In this document: positions 61,192-64,000 of the stretch, piece after piece
Position numbering within the stretch: the first letter of the stretch is position 1
Layout: the number at the start of each line of letters is the position of its first letter
Source of the DNA: Tubulanus polymorphus
Lineage: Eukaryota; Animalia; Nemertea
Direction: 5' to 3'
DNA length: 64,000 nucleotides
NCBI RefSeq assembly: GCF_964204645.1
Contig: NC_134027.1
Span: 8,030,485-8,094,484 of the forward strand
Position numbers and translations under genes: made by a program
The notes under the pieces: generated by a model
Told to the model about the DNA's origin: nothing
Seen by the model: only the letters and a program-made list of their open reading frames with translations
The model's database searches: none

Positions 61192-62449
61192 CTAGTAAGG
61201 CTTCTGGTTGGGCATGTTACCGCTGAAAAATGCAAAAACCGATCATTCGAAATACCGTGTTCAAGTTAGTACAACAATTTCTAGGCTATGATTAAGATAT
61301 ATACATCTACATACTTTTGATACCGGCACATGTTAAGATTTTTGCAAGTTACGAATTTTCCAAATAAGCATCCAACAGACTAGATGTATTTATTTTGACG
61401 AAGGACAAATTGACGATCCGACGAAGCTTAATATAGTGGAACTCGTTAATACGAATCTTGTCAGGCGAAATTGAACCTTTCGTATCAAATGAGTTTCATA
61501 TCATCCAAATCTTGATTGATATGCTTGTTAGCCGGGACATGTTGAAATCATCGAACTAAACGGGTTTCATCAGAATCGTATTAACGATGTTCAACTCAGT
61601 ATTATCAACTTGTTGAGACCAACTGTCTCAGAGAAAACTTTACACTTACGGTGTTTCATAATTACAGACAACATAGTTCGCTTTACGTGTGGGGTCCGAG
61701 GTGTCGCAAACCTTGTTAAAACAGCCTACCCGAGTCGTATCTTTCCAGATTACCTATAGGCATAAACAAATGAAATGCGCATGTCATACGAATCTCTCTA
61801 AAGGTTATACCAGTTCAATTGTCGCTGATAATTCAAGAAATGCCCCTATATTTTCAAATTCAAAACTTCTATTCAACTAAAGATAATACGTTAGGCAATT
61901 CAAACTTGGTGTGAAAGCGAAAAATCCCTAGTCCCAAGGTATGCATTCCTTATCAAATTTACCTGGGTGAAATGGCCGCATGATTTTCCAACTGGCGCCG
62001 AACAAGAATTATCTTTATATTTATACCAATCCTTCTCGGCCATCCAGCTATCAACCGCTGCCGCTAACGCTTCGGAATTAGACATCACTACATTCGGTAC
62101 GTTTGTTTTCATGTAGATATTTTCACCGTAAACGTGATTTTTTGCATTGTCGCTGTGACCGTACACACATTTCTCCGCCCAGGCCTGGGCGGCATTCTTC
62201 AGCGCGGACTTTCCAGACTATGGGGAATTAAAATTTGTGATAAATCGAAGATGGACGATGGTCGCAGTAGCAGTAAAGTATATGAATTGTTTCAGCACGA
62301 TAGATCCCGAAACAAATAGAACTTACGAGAGGTTCAATCGGGTATCCGGAGCGCGCCTTATTATGGGCACTGACTGATATACTGGTTATGCCCGCTGATG
62401 AACTAGCAATCACTGAACACAATACCACGATTATCATGACAAGATTCAT
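61192..62449 (-). CDS. Secreted CAP/SCP (PR-1/GLIPR-like) protein, 4 coding exons, 170 aa
   Basis: Exons 62449-62327, 62217-61963, 61753-61650, 61222-61192 (513 nt). Signal peptide MNLVMIIVVLCSVIASSSA. CAP motifs AHNKAR, AQAWAEKC, GENIY, GHFTQVIW, VGC, VCNYETPGN. Confidence 0.93.
61434..61600. mobile_element. Tc1/mariner-type MITE in a CAP gene intron
   Basis: TIR AGTGGAACTCGTTAATACGA / TCGTATTAACGATGTTCAACT. Confidence 0.6.
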
Positions 62450-62989
62450 GTTCAAAAATCCTATGAGAGAAAGTAGTTAAGCTTTAAACAATAAGTATCT
62501 CGCTACCGTTCACGGGCGTCACCATGAGAGTGTTGGCTAGGATGCGGACGGCCCCCTTTTCAAATCCAAGTTCCGAATCTCTCGAAGTTCCAAATACGTT
62601 CTTCGAATTTCAAAACGTAAGACTATTTTAGAACATTCATGCAAATTTCAAGGATTCTGAAAATGCTCTTTTGCCTCGTTTGCCTCCGGCGCTTGGCGGA
62701 TACGGAGCGAAGTATTATCGGGATCAGTTGCGATTTTATTAATTCTAACCCCCTCAAAAATCTCAGACATGCCCCGACCGTTTTATCATCATTGGACGTT
62801 TATAGACACTGAAGTGAATTATTAAGCGGTGCTTAATATAAACCATTATTCCTGATTGGCCTATCATCATTCGGCTTAAAGTTCTCTTTTAATGATATAA
62901 CATTTAATCTTGAAATAACGAAATATCTTATCATGCCAGCTAACGGTGATCATCACTTATTGTTTTCAATGAATATGATTCTACCTTAC

Positions 62990-63066
62990 CTTTTAGCCTT
63001 AGCTGAGATGCAATCAATACGCTGCTGCAGAGAGTGACATGACCAGTATATTCTTCTGGTTTTATA
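62990..63066 (-). promoter_or_regulatory. TATA box, Inr and non-coding first exon of the CAP gene
   Basis: Minus-strand TATAAAA at 63066-63060, TCACTC Inr about 31 nt downstream, donor AAG|GTAAGG at 62989, acceptor CTCATAG at 62461 just before the ATG. Confidence 0.65.
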
Positions 63067-63296
63067 CCTTGTGAATCATTTGAATTTGGTTGTTCAGAAG
63101 TAGTTACAAGAGGATTATATTTGTGTAATCCGGTAACGATAACTTCCCCCAGCGATTCATGTATTTAGAGATAATTGTCAAACGCACCTGTTTGTGTGGA
63201 CTTTTCCAAACATCTCTATCTATCCTCGAAACTATCTCTCAAAATCCGGTGTTCAATAATCAGACTTGCGAAATTTGGAGAGTTGTGATTATCCCA

Positions 63297-63445
63297 TTTC
63301 GAGTGACAAATCCCTTTGAGGATTTTTGTATTTCAGCAATAGCAATCGAATTTCGAGGATGATACGAAATCACGGTTTTTGATTATTACATTTATTTCGA
63401 GTGACAAATCCATGTGCGGATTATTTTTTATTCCGGCAGCAATGA
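63297..63445. repeat. Two ~98-bp-spaced copies of TTTCGAGTGACAAATCC..GGATT..TATT..GCAAT.GAATTT
   Basis: Degenerate direct duplication. Confidence 0.55.
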
Positions 63446-63481
63446 ATTTGTGATCAAAGTTTGGCTTTATTTAAACTAATC

Positions 63482-63700
63482 AAAAAGTTAACCTAGCAAT
63501 TTAGATTTCCAAAATCTCAATGTGATAAATTAGACAGAAAAAAGGTTGACCTTGTAATATAGATATCCAAAATCTTGATGTATAAAATAGGCAGACAAAA
63601 AAGTTTACCTTGTAATTTAGATTTCCAAAATCTCAATGTAATAAATTAGGCAGAAAAAGTTAACCTTGTAATATAGATATCCAAAATCTTAATGTATTAG
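63482..63700. repeat. ~58-bp tandem repeat, ~3.7 copies, alternating subtypes
   Basis: Units alternate AATTTAGATTTCCAAAATCTCAATG and AATATAGATATCCAAAATCTT(G/A)ATG. Confidence 0.85.
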
Positions 63701-64000
63701 GTGAACTGTTAATGTTTGAGAATCTTTAGTTAAGACAAGGTGCAGCGAAAATTCTAGTCTTCTAGTGAAAATGATGTTAACGAAAATGAAATTTAGAACG
63801 TTAAGTTAATACTAAGCTTTCCAGGATGACTTTGTCTCTAGTTTGAATGCTTTTATGTTGAGCTATTTTTAAAATACAGTTCACTTGTCAACAAGGAACT
63901 TACATGATAATTCCTCGAGTACATACCTGTCATTTAGTGAGGTATGATTGTTGTCATGAAAATAAAAAAGACGTTTCTGTTTAAGAGTCTATGGTTTGAC

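Noticed and set aside
63482-63700. Regular repeats as a possible CRISPR array (also 24593, 51912)
   Set aside because: No unique spacers, no cas genes, eukaryotic context; ordinary minisatellites.

Overview
This is animal genomic DNA: AT-rich, with GT-AG introns and many MITEs, probably from a marine invertebrate (inference). The + strand carries one 40-coding-exon gene (606-56350, about 2160 aa) for GTF3C1, the B-box-binding subunit of TFIIIC. Most of its introns are short, but one is 40.2 kb (11527-51751). That intron holds an intact, intronless FMRFamide-receptor-like GPCR ORF (42906-44354) on the same strand as its host. It also holds nested MITEs, decayed RTE and L2 LINE pieces, a HINE/DINE-like element, and a perfect 137-bp palindrome of Penelope-type hammerhead ribozymes. 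A further sense-strand hammerhead lies just upstream of a GTF3C1 acceptor (9823-9863). Downstream on the minus strand are a 5-exon C2H2 zinc-finger gene with 7 fingers (57520-60136) and a 4-coding-exon secreted CAP/PR-1 gene (61192-62449) with a TATA/Inr promoter; a degenerate HDV-like ribozyme candidate lies between them. A divergent transcript appears to start head-to-head with GTF3C1 near position 350. Gene models were assembled by eye from splice signals and recalled homology; no database searches were run.
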